Positions 50,146 to 62,739 of a DNA stretch of 64,000 bases are shown here, one piece after another. The position numbers and the translations under genes are program-made. This stretch comes from Pristiophorus japonicus (lineage: Eukaryota), in the NCBI RefSeq assembly GCF_044704955.1, contig NC_091995.1, positions 4,836,001 to 4,900,000 on the forward strand. Direction: 5' to 3'. Below the pieces are notes generated by a model, which was not told the DNA's origin, searched no databases, and was given only the letters and a program-made list of their open reading frames with translations. How positions within the stretch are numbered: position 1 is the first letter of the stretch; each line of letters begins with the position of its first letter.

Positions 50146-52648
50146 TCTAAACCTCTACACCCTCTCTACCACTCTCTCCTCCTTTGAGCCGCTTCTTAAA
50201 ACCTACCTCTTTGATGAGCTTTTGGTCACCTGTCTTAATATCTCCTCACGTGGCTCAGTGTCAAATTTTATTTGACACCGATTTAAGGTGATTCGATAAA
50301 GAACCAGGGGCGACATGAAACTTTATTTTTTTAACACAGCGAGTTGTTGTGATCTGGAAGTACTTTTGAAGTGCACTTGTGGTTGTAATGTAGGAAACGT
50401 GGCAGTCACTCTGCACATGGCAAGCTCCCACAAGCAGCAATGTTCGTGACAAAATAATGTTTTTCTGAGGGCTAGATATTGGCCAGGGCATTGTGGATAA
50501 CTTCCGCTGCTCTTTAAAATAATGTTAAGAGATCTTTTGCATCCACCTGAGAGAGTAGAGGGGGCTTGGTTTAAGATCTCATCTGAAAGAAGGCACCTTC
50601 GGCAGTGCTATTGGAGTGTCAGCCTAGATTTTGTGCTCAAGGTTCTGGAGGACTTAAACCCATAACTATTGAGTCTAAAAAAAAAACAAATTGGAAATAC
50701 AGAAAAATAGACAGGAGGAGTTGAGGGCAGTTCTCGGTGCAATTATCTCCCTCCTGTCACGATACGAAGGCGCAGTTTTAAGAGGATTAATTCTTTACCC
50801 AGAGAGTGCTGAGAATGTGGAAGTCACTACTGCATGCAGTGGTTGTGGCGAATAGCACAGAACCAATTAAGAAACTGGGTAAACATTCTTTATTATCAGG
50901 GACACCCCCCCTCCCCCCCACCCTTCACCATTTGAGCCTGCTCCGCCATTCAATAAGATCATGGCTGATCTTCAACCTTAACTCCACTTTCCTGCCTGAT
51001 CACCATATCCCTTGATTCCCCCAGAGTCCAAAAATCTATCGACCTCAGCCTTATATATACTGAAACACTCAGCATCCACAGCCCTTTGGGATAGAGAATT
51101 CCAAAGATTTACATCCCTCCTCATCTCAGTCTTAAATGGCTGGCCGACCGCTTATCCTGAGGCTATGTCCCCTAGTTCTCGACTCCAGACAAGGGAAACA
51201 ACCTCTCAGCATCTACCCTGTCAGTCCCCCTCAGAATCTTATGTTTCAATGAGAACACCTCTCTTCTTAATTCCAGAGAGTATGGGCCCAATCTGCATTG
51301 GGGAGGGGGGAGAGGAAGGGGAATGGGTGAGGAGGAGGTGGGTGAATGGTGAGGCAGATACAAATCATTCCCATAATATGATGGTAGGTAATCTTAGTCA
51401 TGGGTTAAAGACAACCTGTGCAAGGAATCGTCTGTTTTGTGTGAGGGGATCTGTCTTCTATTGTAAGGTGTGTATGTGTGTGGTGAAATTAGCCTTTTGT
51501 GTAAAGAATCTGCTCATAACCGGAGTATGGCTAAGAAATGATGGAATCAGCAAGGGCAGGAAATGATGCTGTATCAGGACTATCTCAGTCACACACTGTC
51601 ACTGACTTGTGCCTGACAGTTTCTAGCTGAGGGCATGTCATGCTGCAATAATGGTATGTGTGAGTCCCGTAGAAAGAAAGACTTGCATTTATATCATGCC
51701 TTTCACGAGCTCAAGATGCCCCAAAATGCTTTACAGCCAATGAAGTACTTTTGAAGTGTAGTCAGTGTTGTAAAGTAGGAAACGCAGCAGACAATTTGCA
51801 CACAGCAAGATCCCACAAACAGCAATGTGGCAATGACCAGCTGATCTGTTTTAGTGATGTTGGTTGAGGGATAACTATTGGCCCAGGACACTGGGGAGAA
51901 CTCCCCTGCTCGCCTTCCCAATAGGAAACTTGGTATTGCCTGACTTTGCATCTTATTTAAATTTCAGGATATCTTGAGCTGGAGGAGGGCGGGAATCTTA
52001 CTGTGAATCTGTAATGTTGAAGTATAGAAAGCTCAGTACTTCTGTTTATAGTTCAGCTGATTCTGTATGTCTTAACTCAGTATGTCCCAGCTCAGTGTGA
52101 TTGGGACAGTCATGCCACTTACTCTGTGTTGATGCAAAGCAGTTTGAGATTGATGGCGAGGGAAGATGTGCAGAGTAACTCTGAAGATCAATTGTTTCCA
52201 TTGACTGTGGGCCAGGAGAGAGTTTGACTCCACTTCAGCTTTGCACCAGCTGCAACCATTATGAAGTGAAGCTGGTCCAGCTAAGAATTTAAAAAAAAAT
52301 CACATTTAATCCTAATTTTAGCAAAGGGCTGACTCTGTTGTCAGCGCCTAGAATCATAGACACACAGCACAGGAGGGGGCCATTCGGCCCATCGTACCTG
52401 TGCTGGCTCTTTGAAAGAGATGTCCCATTAGTCTCACTCCCTGCTCTTTCCCCAGAGCCTTGTGAATGTCTCCTACTCAACTATTTATCCAATTCCCTTT
52501 TGAAAGTTACTATTGAATCTGCTTCCACCGCCCTTTCAGGCAGTGCATTCCAGATCACCATAACTCGCTGTGTAAAAATGTTTTCCCTCATTTCCTCCGT
52601 AGAATTTTTTTTGCCAATTATCTTCCGACCGCAGTGTTTCAATCCCAG

Positions 52649-53105
52649 GAGAAAATGAACACAATCCTACATTCTCTGAGGGAGAAGAAAACCTCTCTTC
52701 AATATTTTGAGTTTGAGCAGTAAGAGAGCATCTCGGAAATGAAGGTGAATTCTCAGTGGGCCGATGTGGGCTGTGTCTGTACGGGTAGTGTGTTACACAC
52801 CGCATGCCTGGCTAACAGAACTTTATCCCTGTGCATTTTCAGCAGCATAGCTTGGTGTTTATTAAGCATTGTGATCAATGGGCTGGTGACCTGCAATAGT
52901 TTTGCTTCTTTCTTTAACATGCTCTTTTTATATTCAGGAACGGTCAATTCAATCGCAGAACCTCATCGACGCTGAATTTTCTAAATTACGCAATATTTGG
53001 GGTGAAAAGGAACGGAACTTGGTCAAAAAACTGAATGAGGAAAAGGATGATATTTTATTCAGAATGGAGACAAATCTGTGAGAAATCCGAGACCGTTCAC
53101 AATAA
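52649..53105 (+). pseudogene. TRIM pseudogene remnant, inverted copy: exons 52649-52744 (96 bp) and 52938 to about 53105
   Basis: EKMNTILHSLREKKTSLQYFEFEQ*ESISEMK|gt and ERSIQSQNLIDAEFSKLRNIWGEKERNL...NL*EIR; in-frame stops. Confidence 0.78.
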
Positions 53106-53248
53106 GCTTTCCTTGTTGCATATAAATAACCTGCACTTGGGTATAAAAACTACAATTTTGAACTTTGCAGATGATACAAAACTTGGCAACGTAGTGAATA
53201 GTGAGCAGGAAAGCAGCAGAATTCAGGAGGACATAGACTGGTGAAATA

Positions 53249-54289
53249 TAGAAACATAGAAAATAGGTGCAGAAGTAGGCCATTCAGCCCTTTGAGCCTG
53301 CACCACTATTCAATATGATCATGGCTGATCATGCAACTTCAGTACCCCATTCCTGCTTTCTCTCCATACTCCTTGATCCTTTTAGCCGTAAGGGCCACAT
53401 CTAAATCCCTTTTCAATATAATCTAACGAACTGGCCTCAACAACTTTCTGTGGTAGAGAATTCCACATGCTCACAACTCTGAGTGAATAAGTTTCTCCTC
53501 ATCTCGGTCCTAAATGGCTTACTCCTTATCCTTAGACTGTGACCCCTCGTTCTGGACTTCCCCAACATCAGGAACATTCTTCCTGCATCCAACCTTACCA
53601 ATCCCGTCAGAATGTTATATGTTTCTATGAGATCCCCTCTATTCTTCTAAATTCCAGTCAATATAAGCCTAGTCGATCCAGTCTTTCTTCATATGTCAGT
53701 CCTGCCATCCTGGAAATCAGTCTGGTGAATCTTCGCTGCACTCCCTCAATGGCAAGAATGTCCTTCCTCAGATTAGGAGACCAAAACTGCACACAGTATT
53801 CAAGGTGTGGCCTCACCAAGGCCCTGCACAACTGCAGTAAGACCTCCCTGCTCCTATACTCAAATCCTCTCACTATGAAGGCCAACATGCCATTTGCCGC
53901 CTTCACTGTCTGCGAAATCTGCATGCCAACTTTCAATGACTGATGTACCATGACACCCAGGTCTCGTTGCACCTCCCCTTTTCCTAATCTGTCACCACTC
54001 AGATCATCTGCCTTCCTGTTTTTGCCACTAAAGTGGATAATCTCACATTTATCTACATTATACTGCATCTGCCATGCATTTGCCCACTCACCTAACCTGT
54101 CCAAGTCACCCTGCAGCCTCTTAGCATCCTCCTCACAGCTCACACTGCCACCCAGCTTCGTGTCATCTGCAAACTTGGAGATATTACGTTCAATTCCTTC
54201 GTCCAAATCATTAATGTATATTGTAAATAGCTGAGGTCCCAGCACTAAACCTTGCGGTACCCCACTAATCACTGCCTGCCATTCTGAAA
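53249..54289 (-). mobile_element. 5'-truncated CR1, specific to the right arm, flanked by a tgaaat duplication
   Basis: ORF 53658-54302 RT motifs; tgaaat at both junctions; absent at the paralogous left-arm position near 5065. Confidence 0.87.
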
Positions 54290-55902
54290 TGGGCTGACAC
54301 ATGGCGGATGCAATTCAATGCAAATAGGTGTGAAGTGATGCACTGTGGGGTAAACAACATGGAGAGGCAGTTTAATCGAAATGGTACTATTTTGAGGGTT
54401 GTGGAAGAATGAAAGGAACTGGGGTGCAGGTTCACATCTTTGAATATGGCAGGGCAAGTTGATAAAGACAGACAAGAAAGCTTGTGGGAGACTTGGCTTT
54501 GTAACTGGGGGCATTGAATTCAAAAACAAGGAAGTCATGCTAAACATTTACAAATCACTGGTTAGGCCTGAGCTGGAGTATTGTGTAGAATTTTGTGAAC
54601 CACACTTGAGGACGGATGTGAAGGTCTTGGAGAGGGTAAGAAGGAGCTTTACTCAGATGATTAGAAATGAGGAACTTAAGTTATGTGGAGAGATTGCAGA
54701 AGCTGGGATTGTTCTCCTTGGAGCAGAAAAGATCAAGGGGACACCTAATAGAGGTATTCAAAATTCTGAGGTGTTTTGATTGAGCAAACAGAGAGAAACT
54801 GTTTTTTTTGGCAAGAGGATCAGTAGCCAGAGGTCATAGATTTAAAATAATTGGCAAGAGAACTAGAGGGGAAATGTGGAGATATTTTTTCACAGGGTTA
54901 TTTAGATTTGGAACCTGAAAGGGCGGTGGAAGCAGATTCCAGAGGGACTTTCAAAAGGCAATTGGACATGTACTTGAAGAGGATTAATTTGCAGGGTTAT
55001 GGCCAAAGGCTTGGATGTGGGAATAAATTGGACAATTCTTTCACAGGATGAACAGCTTTAATCTCCTCGGTGTCTTTGACATCCAGGCCCACATCACATC
55101 CTTGCGGTCTACTCTGCTCTGCCTGAATACTTTCTTGTTTCTTATTTTTAAACTCATTCACGCAGTTGTGGAAATCTGGAACTCTCCCTCAAAAGACTGA
55201 ATGCGAGGAACAAACAATTCAACATTTTCCAGACTGAGATGGGTAGATTTTTGTTGGTTAAGGGCATCAAGGGATATGGAGCAAAAGTGAGTAAATGCAG
55301 TTGAGGTACAGATCAGTCATGATCTAACTGAATGGTGGAACAGGCTCCTCCTGTCTCTGTACACCATCCTCTGCAGTCAGCCATGTTTATAATATTCCCG
55401 CAACACTGTAGTTCCCGAGTGCTACAGTAGCCTCGTGTTTTGGAATTGCTGATTCCTAATGCATTCAGCATTCCCGTCTATACAGCTTACTGTAGATGTT
55501 CCCATCTTTTGGCCCCCAGTTTACCTTTGTTAATGTTACCCGGTTCTTGTATATCACCCACCTGCTGTCTAGTTTCCACTCTGTAATCAATGTCATGTGG
55601 GATCACCTTTCCTCCTGGCCTTCTCCCTCCTATCCAATGTAGATGCTCCTTGCAGCTACTTCAACGTTCCTGACCAGTTCCATTGTTTTATTTGGTCAGC
55701 TCTTTTTTTTTTGTCACAAGAAAAATGCCATTTACTTTTCAAAGTCCCAGTATTATTTTCGCTGCACATTGACAGACAATTATTTTCATATTTGCGATTT
55801 CCTTTGCAAACACCTTTTTCACCAAAAACAGGAAGTATAAGAAAGGAAATTGCCTTGATTTTCTAGATCATCCTTGCATGGGAGGGTTCAGAGCCCTTGC
55901 AG

Positions 55903-56754
55903 CAGTGGTGGGATATTCAGCCCGGCAAGTCATTCTATCCGGCCCGCTGGATGGGACAGAAGTAGAACACGAGCCGGAGCTCGAGCTGTACATTCGTCTA
56001 TCCACTTTCACTCCTCATGGGTCAGAGACAGACCTGAACTGCAGCCAAGAAAAAACCATAGTAATACTTCCTTCAAATTAATAATTCGCAAAAGCGATTC
56101 TCCCTGGCCCGATCATAAAAGGCTCCTTTCTGTAATTTTGGGCCCGTGGCAGACATCCGTACCCTGAGTGCACTGGGTACTAGAATATGCCCTATACATT
56201 TTAGTCATGGCTGCTCATCTCCGCAAATCTTTTATCGAAGAAAGTGACGGGGCTACATCTTTCCTCTCCCAGTATCGAGTACGACGGCAGGGGAGTTCTC
56301 ATCTGACACCAATTGGGACTGCATTAGTCATCTTTTCAGAGGGACATAAGGATGACTGAGTTGGGAAATTGATGCTGACACAGACTCTAAAGAGGGAACA
56401 CTTCTATTTCACAGCACTGATTCACAGAGACCAGAAGATACCACAACACTTTCAATTTTTATCTTTGATTCATTTCTAAGCAGTGTCGAATACATGTTGT
56501 GTATGTAATATAGTATCTGACCACTCTCTGAATTTCTGTTTATGCAATGGTTATGAGAATGCTATCTTCCCCCAAATTATTTTTTGAGCACGGTCCCTTT
56601 AAATTTGCTGCATGTCCGGCCACTATGCAGCCACGCATGCGCAATATCTCCCAGCGGCAGGAGCGGGGAGCGACCTGAGCAGGACCGCGCGATTGGTGTA
56701 ATGTTGGTGGGCGGAGCAGCTCACCAAAACTTGCTAAAATAATTGCCCACCCTG
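55903..56754. mobile_element. Non-autonomous hAT-type DNA transposon (852 bp)
   Basis: Imperfect TIRs cagtggtggg...cccaccctg; 8-bp TSD ccttgcag/acttacag; empty site gagcccttacaggattt in the left arm (reverse complement near 3115-3131). Confidence 0.75.
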
Positions 56755-58089
56755 ACTTACAGGATTTCTTACATTGTCATTTAGCCCTTCCTGCTCCTCC
56801 AGTACTTTTTGTCATTTATCTTCAATGTGCACAGACCTATCTCTAGGTAACCAACTCATCATCATTACCACACTCATCACCACCCACCTCCCTACAGCCA
56901 GAATCTCCCTGCATCCCACCAACTGCATCTTTGTCCTAACCATGTTCTCTGCCTTCTGAACTGTTTCTTCCTCATGAATTAGTCTAATGCATTATGAGTT
57001 AGTGCTTGATCTAGTTGAATGCTGGAACAGGCTCGAGAGGCTGACTGGCTTACTCCTGTTCCTATATCTGTACATTGTGTCTTTACAATCATTCCTCCTG
57101 CTGTCAGTGTATTCTCTATTATCTTGCTTGCTCGGTTTCCTCCAGCACTTATTTCTGTTTCTTGCTGACCCTGTACCTGTTACAAAAATCCCTGTCACAG
57201 CTCCCCAGAGACTTGCCCTCAATATTGAGTACCAGCCCATCCACTTCACTAAACTCTGACTCAATTAGACCAATACTATCCACTGGCCTTTGCTAATTAG
57301 CTTTACAATCGTTTCCTTCCATTAGTTCCCGTCCACTCCTCTCAAAGGCCCAAACCTTTTCCTTCAGGCTTTGGGCAGCTGAGATCAGCGAGTTGCTCCA
57401 CACTTTACTATTGACTCTCGAGCTCTTTCATGCTGCAAAGTCGAGCCTTGTTTAGTCTGTTTGAGCACTGCCAGCGGTCTGCTGTGTGTTAACATTTGTG
57501 TTTCTGTCTATTTCAAGAGAGTACACCCGAGTAGCAGAGGTTCAAGACCCTCTCCAAAAATAACTGAACAACATTATAAAGTAGCATATTGAAGAGCTGG
57601 TTTTATTTTCTGTTTAATATTTCATATTTACATTATTAGTGAAGACGACCATCAGCCAAACATAGCAGAAGGCAGCCTGTCTCTGGGAGCATTTAAAGGG
57701 CCACCCAGTATAGAGTGGGGAGACATGTAATGAACATTCTCAACCCTGGGACGGAGGGCCTTTCCTGCTTTCTTACTTAACCCGTCAAATCCTCAATAAG
57801 TGGGCACATCTTAAGAATACCAGACACAAGTAAAAGAATGTAAATATTATCCATACCCACTTCAAATAAGAAAATAAATGAAATAGCAGCATGTGATGTC
57901 TGATTCATGATTTATAATACAACAATCAAATAATAATCACAGCTATTTTAGAAGCAATCAGCCATTATAATAAATTCATTAGTAAACAAGCAGTGATTTA
58001 AATCATTAACCTCTTACAGTGGGTTCTTTCATGGCTTAAAACTGGAGAATTAATGCACAAGTATATTCACAACTGATTTGGTCAAATCA

Positions 58090-58632
58090 CTTGCAATCAC
58101 CTCCTGACTCCCCAAAGCCTTTCCAGCATATAAAAAGCACAAGTCTGAAGTGTGATGGAACACTCTCCACTTTCCTGGGTGAGTGCAGTTCCAGCAAAGT
58201 TTAAGAAGCTCGACACCATCCAGGACAAACAGCTCGCTTGATTGGCACCGACCCACCACCTTAACCATTCACTCCCTCCACCACTGTCGCACTGTGGCTG
58301 CAGTGTGTACCATCTACACGTTGCACTGCAGCAACTCCCAAACCCACGACCTCTACCACCTTGAGGGACAAGGGCAGCAGCTGCATGGGAACACCCTCAC
58401 CTACAAGTTCCCCTCCAAGTTACACACCATCCTCACTTGGAAATATATCAGCCGTTCCTTCATCGTCGCTGGGTCAAAATCCTGGAACTCCCTCCCGAGC
58501 AGCACTGTGGGAGGACATTCACCTCACAGACCGCAGCAGTTCAAAAAGGTGGCTCACCACCCCCTTCTCAAGGGCAATGAGGGATGGGCAATAAATGCTG
58601 GCCTTGCACCACCACATCCCAGGAATGAATGA
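58090..58632 (+). mobile_element. Old degenerate LINE 3' end (CR1/L2 group)
   Basis: HSLHH.RTVAAVCTIY..HCS..SWNSLP motif; gaatgaatgaa tail. Confidence 0.6.
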
Positions 58633-59679
58633 ACAAAATACAGAAAGAGACTTTCAACATGGAATTTTTGCACTTCTATGAAAAAAGATTAACAAAAGGC
58701 CTTGAAGGGAGTGGAACACGGGGAAGTTTGAAAATATTTGTGAAGAAAATGAAGTAAATCAGAAATATAATGGTTAAGTGATGTCAGGAATGTGTTTTTA
58801 AATCTGTAGATTTTAGAAAGAAGCAGAGACAGAAAAAAATAAAAGAAACTGACGGATTTCTGAGTGGCCTCCAGCGGGTGTTTGAAGAGCAGCTGGTTCG
58901 GCCGCTCAACGCGCCCTCACTCCGCCCATTTGTATCTCAGGATTGCAATCAGGGTCCTCTGTATGTCACGGGACCCCGGTTTGACGAGGTTTCCCCTCTG
59001 AAACAGGCGGGCGTTCCCGCTGCCCATCTCAAGACCCCACCCAAGGTGGCGATGACTGAAGCACCAGCGTAAACTTTAGTGCCATTTCCAGGCGACTATC
59101 ACTCCTGTTACACCAGGCGGGGGCTCTTAAAATCAGTCCCACTAGTTCAGGATAGGAGCAGGAGGAGACCATTCAGCCCCTGGAGCCTGTCCCACCATTC
59201 AATTAGATCATGGCTGAGCTGTGTCCAAACTCCATATATCCGCCTTTGGCCCATATCCCTTAATACCTTTGGTTAACAAAAGTCTATCAATCTCAGGTTT
59301 AAAATTAACAATTGATCCAGCATCAATTGCGGTTTGTGGAAGAAAATTCCAAACTTCTCCCACCCTTTGTGTGTCGAAGTATTTTCTAACTTCACTCCTG
59401 AAAGGCCTGGCTATAATTTTTAGACGATGACCCTAGTCCAAGACTCCCCAAGCAGTGGAAATACTTGCTCTCAGTTCCCCTTAATATCTTGAAAACTTCG
59501 ATCAAATCATGTCTTAAACTTCTAAATTCCAGGGAAGGATAAAATAAGGATCCAGAGCAAGGTGCAAATTTAAAAAAATACATTTAGTCCATGACTCTGG
59601 GACGTAATTATTCCCCGAATCGCTTAAAAAAAAAACTGCCGCTTCTATTGTGCAGTTTAATAACAGACTTGGCATTGGA

Positions 59680-61752
59680 ATTCTGGAATTTTTTGAGGAT
59701 ATAATGAGCATGGTGGATAGAGGTGTACCGATGGATGTGGTGTATTTAAATTTCCAAAAGGCATTCGATAAGGTGCCACACAAAAGGTTACTGCAGAAGA
59801 TAAAGGTACGCGGAGTCAGAGGAAATGTATTAGCATGGATAGAGAATTGGCTGGCGAACAGAAAGCAGAGAGTCGGGATAAATGGGTCCTTTTCGGGTTG
59901 GAAATCGGTGGTTAGTGGTGTGCCACAGGGATCAGTGCTGGCACCACAACGGTTTACAATATACATAGATGACCTGGAAGAGGGGACAGAGTGTAGTGCA
60001 ACAAAATTTGCAGATGACACAAAGATTAGTGGGAAAGCGGGTTGTGTAGAGGACACAGAGAGGCTGCAAAGAGATTTAGATAGGTTAAGCGAATGGGCTA
60101 AGGTTTGGCAGATGGAATACAATGTCGGAAAGTGGGGAAAAAAAACAGTAAAAGGGAATATTATTTGAATGGGGAGAAATTACAACATGCTGCGGTGCAG
60201 AGGGACCTGGGGGTCCTTGTGCATGAAACTCTTTTGAGCAGAGGGACCTGGGGGTCCTTGTGCATGAAACTCTTTTGAGTTTACCTGCAAAACATAAAAA
60301 CATTAAACGGTGCCACCCGACCTGGGTGACACTCCAGACATTTACAAGGCCCTTTTTTTCCCCCCCCCTTTTTTTTTGTTTTTTTTTTGGGCACTAAAAT
60401 CACAATTTTCCCCAGTGCCCCCTATAAAAGGGAAGGGGGACACTAAAAGCACCGGCAATTAAAACAAATTAAACTTAAAAAACGTAAAATCAAATTAAAA
60501 TTTGGTTGCCGGGCGTGATGATGCACTCCAGTCCCTCCGGTGCCCACCTCTCGCGGAAGGCCGCGAGCGTACCGGTGGACACCGCGTGCTCCATCTCCAA
60601 GGACACCCTGGACCGGATGTAAGAGCGGAAGAGAGGCAGGCAGTCAGGTTGAACGACCCCCTCGACCGCCCGCTGCCTGGACCGGCTGATGGCACCCTTG
60701 GCCGTGCCCAGGAGCAGTCCTACGAGGAGGCCTTCGGACCTACCCGCTCCCCTCTGCACAGGGTGCCCAAAGATCAGGAGTGTGGGACTGAAGTGCAGCC
60801 AGAATTTCAGGAGCAGCCCCTTCAAATAATGGAACAGGGGCTGCAACCTTGTGCACTCAATAAAAACATGGAACACGGACTCCTCCAGACCGCAGAAATT
60901 GCAGGCGGCCTGGGAGTCCGTGAACCGGCTTAAAAATTTATTGCACGGCACTGCTCCGTGCATCACCCTCCAGGCCAAGTCCCCGATGAATAGTGGGAGG
61001 ACCCCTGCGTAGAGTGCCCTCCATCGGGGACCCCCGCCTTCCTTGTGCATAAATCCCAAAAAGTTAGTTTGCAGGTGCAGCAGGTAATCAGGAAGGCGAA
61101 TGGAGTGTTGGCCTTCATTGCGAGAGGGATGGAGTACAAAAGCAGGAAGGTCCTGCTGCAACTGTATAGGGTATTGGTGAGGCCGCACCTGGAGTACTTC
61201 GTGCATTTTTGGTCACCTTACTTGAGGAAGGATATACTAGCTTTGGAGGGGGTACAGAGACGATTCACGAGGCTGATTCTGGAGATGAGGGGGTTACCTT
61301 ATGATGATAGCTTGCGTAGACTGGGTCTTTACTTGTTGGAGTTCAGAAGGATGAGGGGTGATCTTATAGAAACATTTAAAATAATGAAAGGGATAGACAA
61401 GATAGAGGCAGAGAGGTTGTTTCCACTGGTCGGGGAGACTAGAACTAGGGGGCACAGCCTCAAAATACGGGGGAGCCAATTTAAAGCCGAGTTGAGAAGG
61501 AATTTCTTCTCCCAGAGGGTTGTGAATCTTTGGAATTCTCTGCCCAAGGAAGCAGTTAAGGCTAGCTCATTGAATGTATTCAAGTCACAGATAGATAGAT
61601 TTTTAACCAATAAGGGAATTTAGGGTTACGGGGAGCGGGTGGGTAAGTGGAGCTGAGTGCACAGCCAGATCAGCCATGATCTTGTTGAATGGCGGAGCAG
61701 GCTCGAGGGGCTAGATGGCCTACTCCTGTTCCTAATTCTTATGTTCTTATGT
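59680..61752 (+). mobile_element. CR1 RT/3' fragment interrupted by a Tx1-like element
   Basis: ORFs 59650-60168 and 61045-61623 are contiguous CR1 RT; tail ttcttatgttcttatg. Confidence 0.9.
60270..61039 (-). mobile_element. 5'-truncated Tx1-clade LINE (C-terminal CCHC/zf-RVT and 3' UTR) with about 15-bp TSD
   Basis: DLAWRVMHGAV..CNFCGLEESVFHVFIEC; TSD tccttgtgcatgaaa (60255-60269) / tccttgtgcataaat (61040-61054). Confidence 0.85.
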
Positions 61753-61914
61753 ATGTTCAGAGCTGTTGCACTGATTCATCTCAAACACCGCCATATAACG
61801 CCACCTTCTGCCTGTGGAGCAACATTACAGGCAGGAAGGTCACCGGGTTCCTGCAGTTCTCAGCTCATTCCACCCAGTGAGTTCCTCTCCACAATTCACC
61901 ATCGATTTGTTTCT

Positions 61915-62120
61915 TCTCCCCCCCCCCCCCCCGCTCTCTCTCCCCCTCCCCCCCGCTCTCTCTCCCCCTCCCCCCGCTCTCTCTCCCCCCTCCACCCGCT
62001 CTCTCCCTCCTCCCCTTCCCCCTGCTCTCTCCCCCCCATCCCTCTCTCCCGCTCCCCCCCACACTCTCTCTCCCCTCCCCCCATTCTTTCTCCACCTCCC
62101 CCGCTCGCTCTTCCCCCGCT
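61915..62120. repeat. C/CT-rich low-complexity tract downstream of the second TRIM stop codon
   Basis: Directly visible. Confidence 0.85.
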
Positions 62121-62188
62121 GTGACAGAGACTGATGCCCATCAGTTTGCAGCTGGTAAGAGGCAGGGTGAAATTATGGGATGGGCCTG

Positions 62189-62739
62189 TTAGTGACCTTT
62201 AACCCCGCAGATTGTCAGCGGTTCGGAGTTTTTCCCGCCATCATTCAATCCCGGATTGAAGAAGGGAAAGATTCTCTCAGTGAAAGTGTGGGTGAAAGTG
62301 TGGAGATGGGACATGTTGTCCGCATTGTAAAATGACACCTGTCCGCCCTCATAGTCCAGGTACACCCCGATCTTCCGGGGCTCCACACTCAGGGTGAGGG
62401 GGGTCAGTGAGGGGGAGGTGCTGGCAACATAGTCACTTCCGACATTCAGTCTCACAATCCAGTATCCGGTCTCTGGGCTCCTGGTGAATATCCCTTTCCT
62501 CCCGCCATACTCTCGGGTCACTCCCATAAACCACCGAGTCTTATTCCCCACGTCCACCTCCCAGTAATGTCTCCCTGATGTGAATCCCTCCGATCCCAGG
62601 ACACAGAGCCAGACATCAAACCTCTCCGGGGTGTCAGGGAGCCGCTGCCGTTTGTCCCCGAGCCTCACACGGGTCCGGTCCTCAGACAGGATGAGCCGGG
62701 GATTCGCTGTTTTCGGATCCAGAGTCAGAGAGGCTGGAG
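62189..62739 (-). CDS. Terminal PRY-SPRY exon of a second TRIM paralogue (upstream exons lie beyond the window end)
   Basis: ccccag|[29 protein letters not shown]...[10 protein letters not shown]...LDYEGG...GH*; frame is open, and flanks are homologous to those of 12639-13186. Confidence 0.93.

Larger units (their letters stand above)
40780..57535. repeat. Right arm of the inverted segmental duplication, expanded by arm-specific insertions
   Basis: Same blocks in reverse order; extra inserts at 40841-44996, about 46178-50145, about 53249-54289 and 55903-56754. Confidence 0.9.

Noticed and set aside
51530-51630. Possible C/D box snoRNA (ATGATG...CTGA), also in the left arm
   Set aside because: The C box is imperfect, there is no terminal stem or recognisable guide, and conservation is explained by the duplication.
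60490-61206. 238-aa ORF as a host gene
   Set aside because: It is a chance fusion of antisense CR1 sequence with the Tx1 ORF2 C-terminus.
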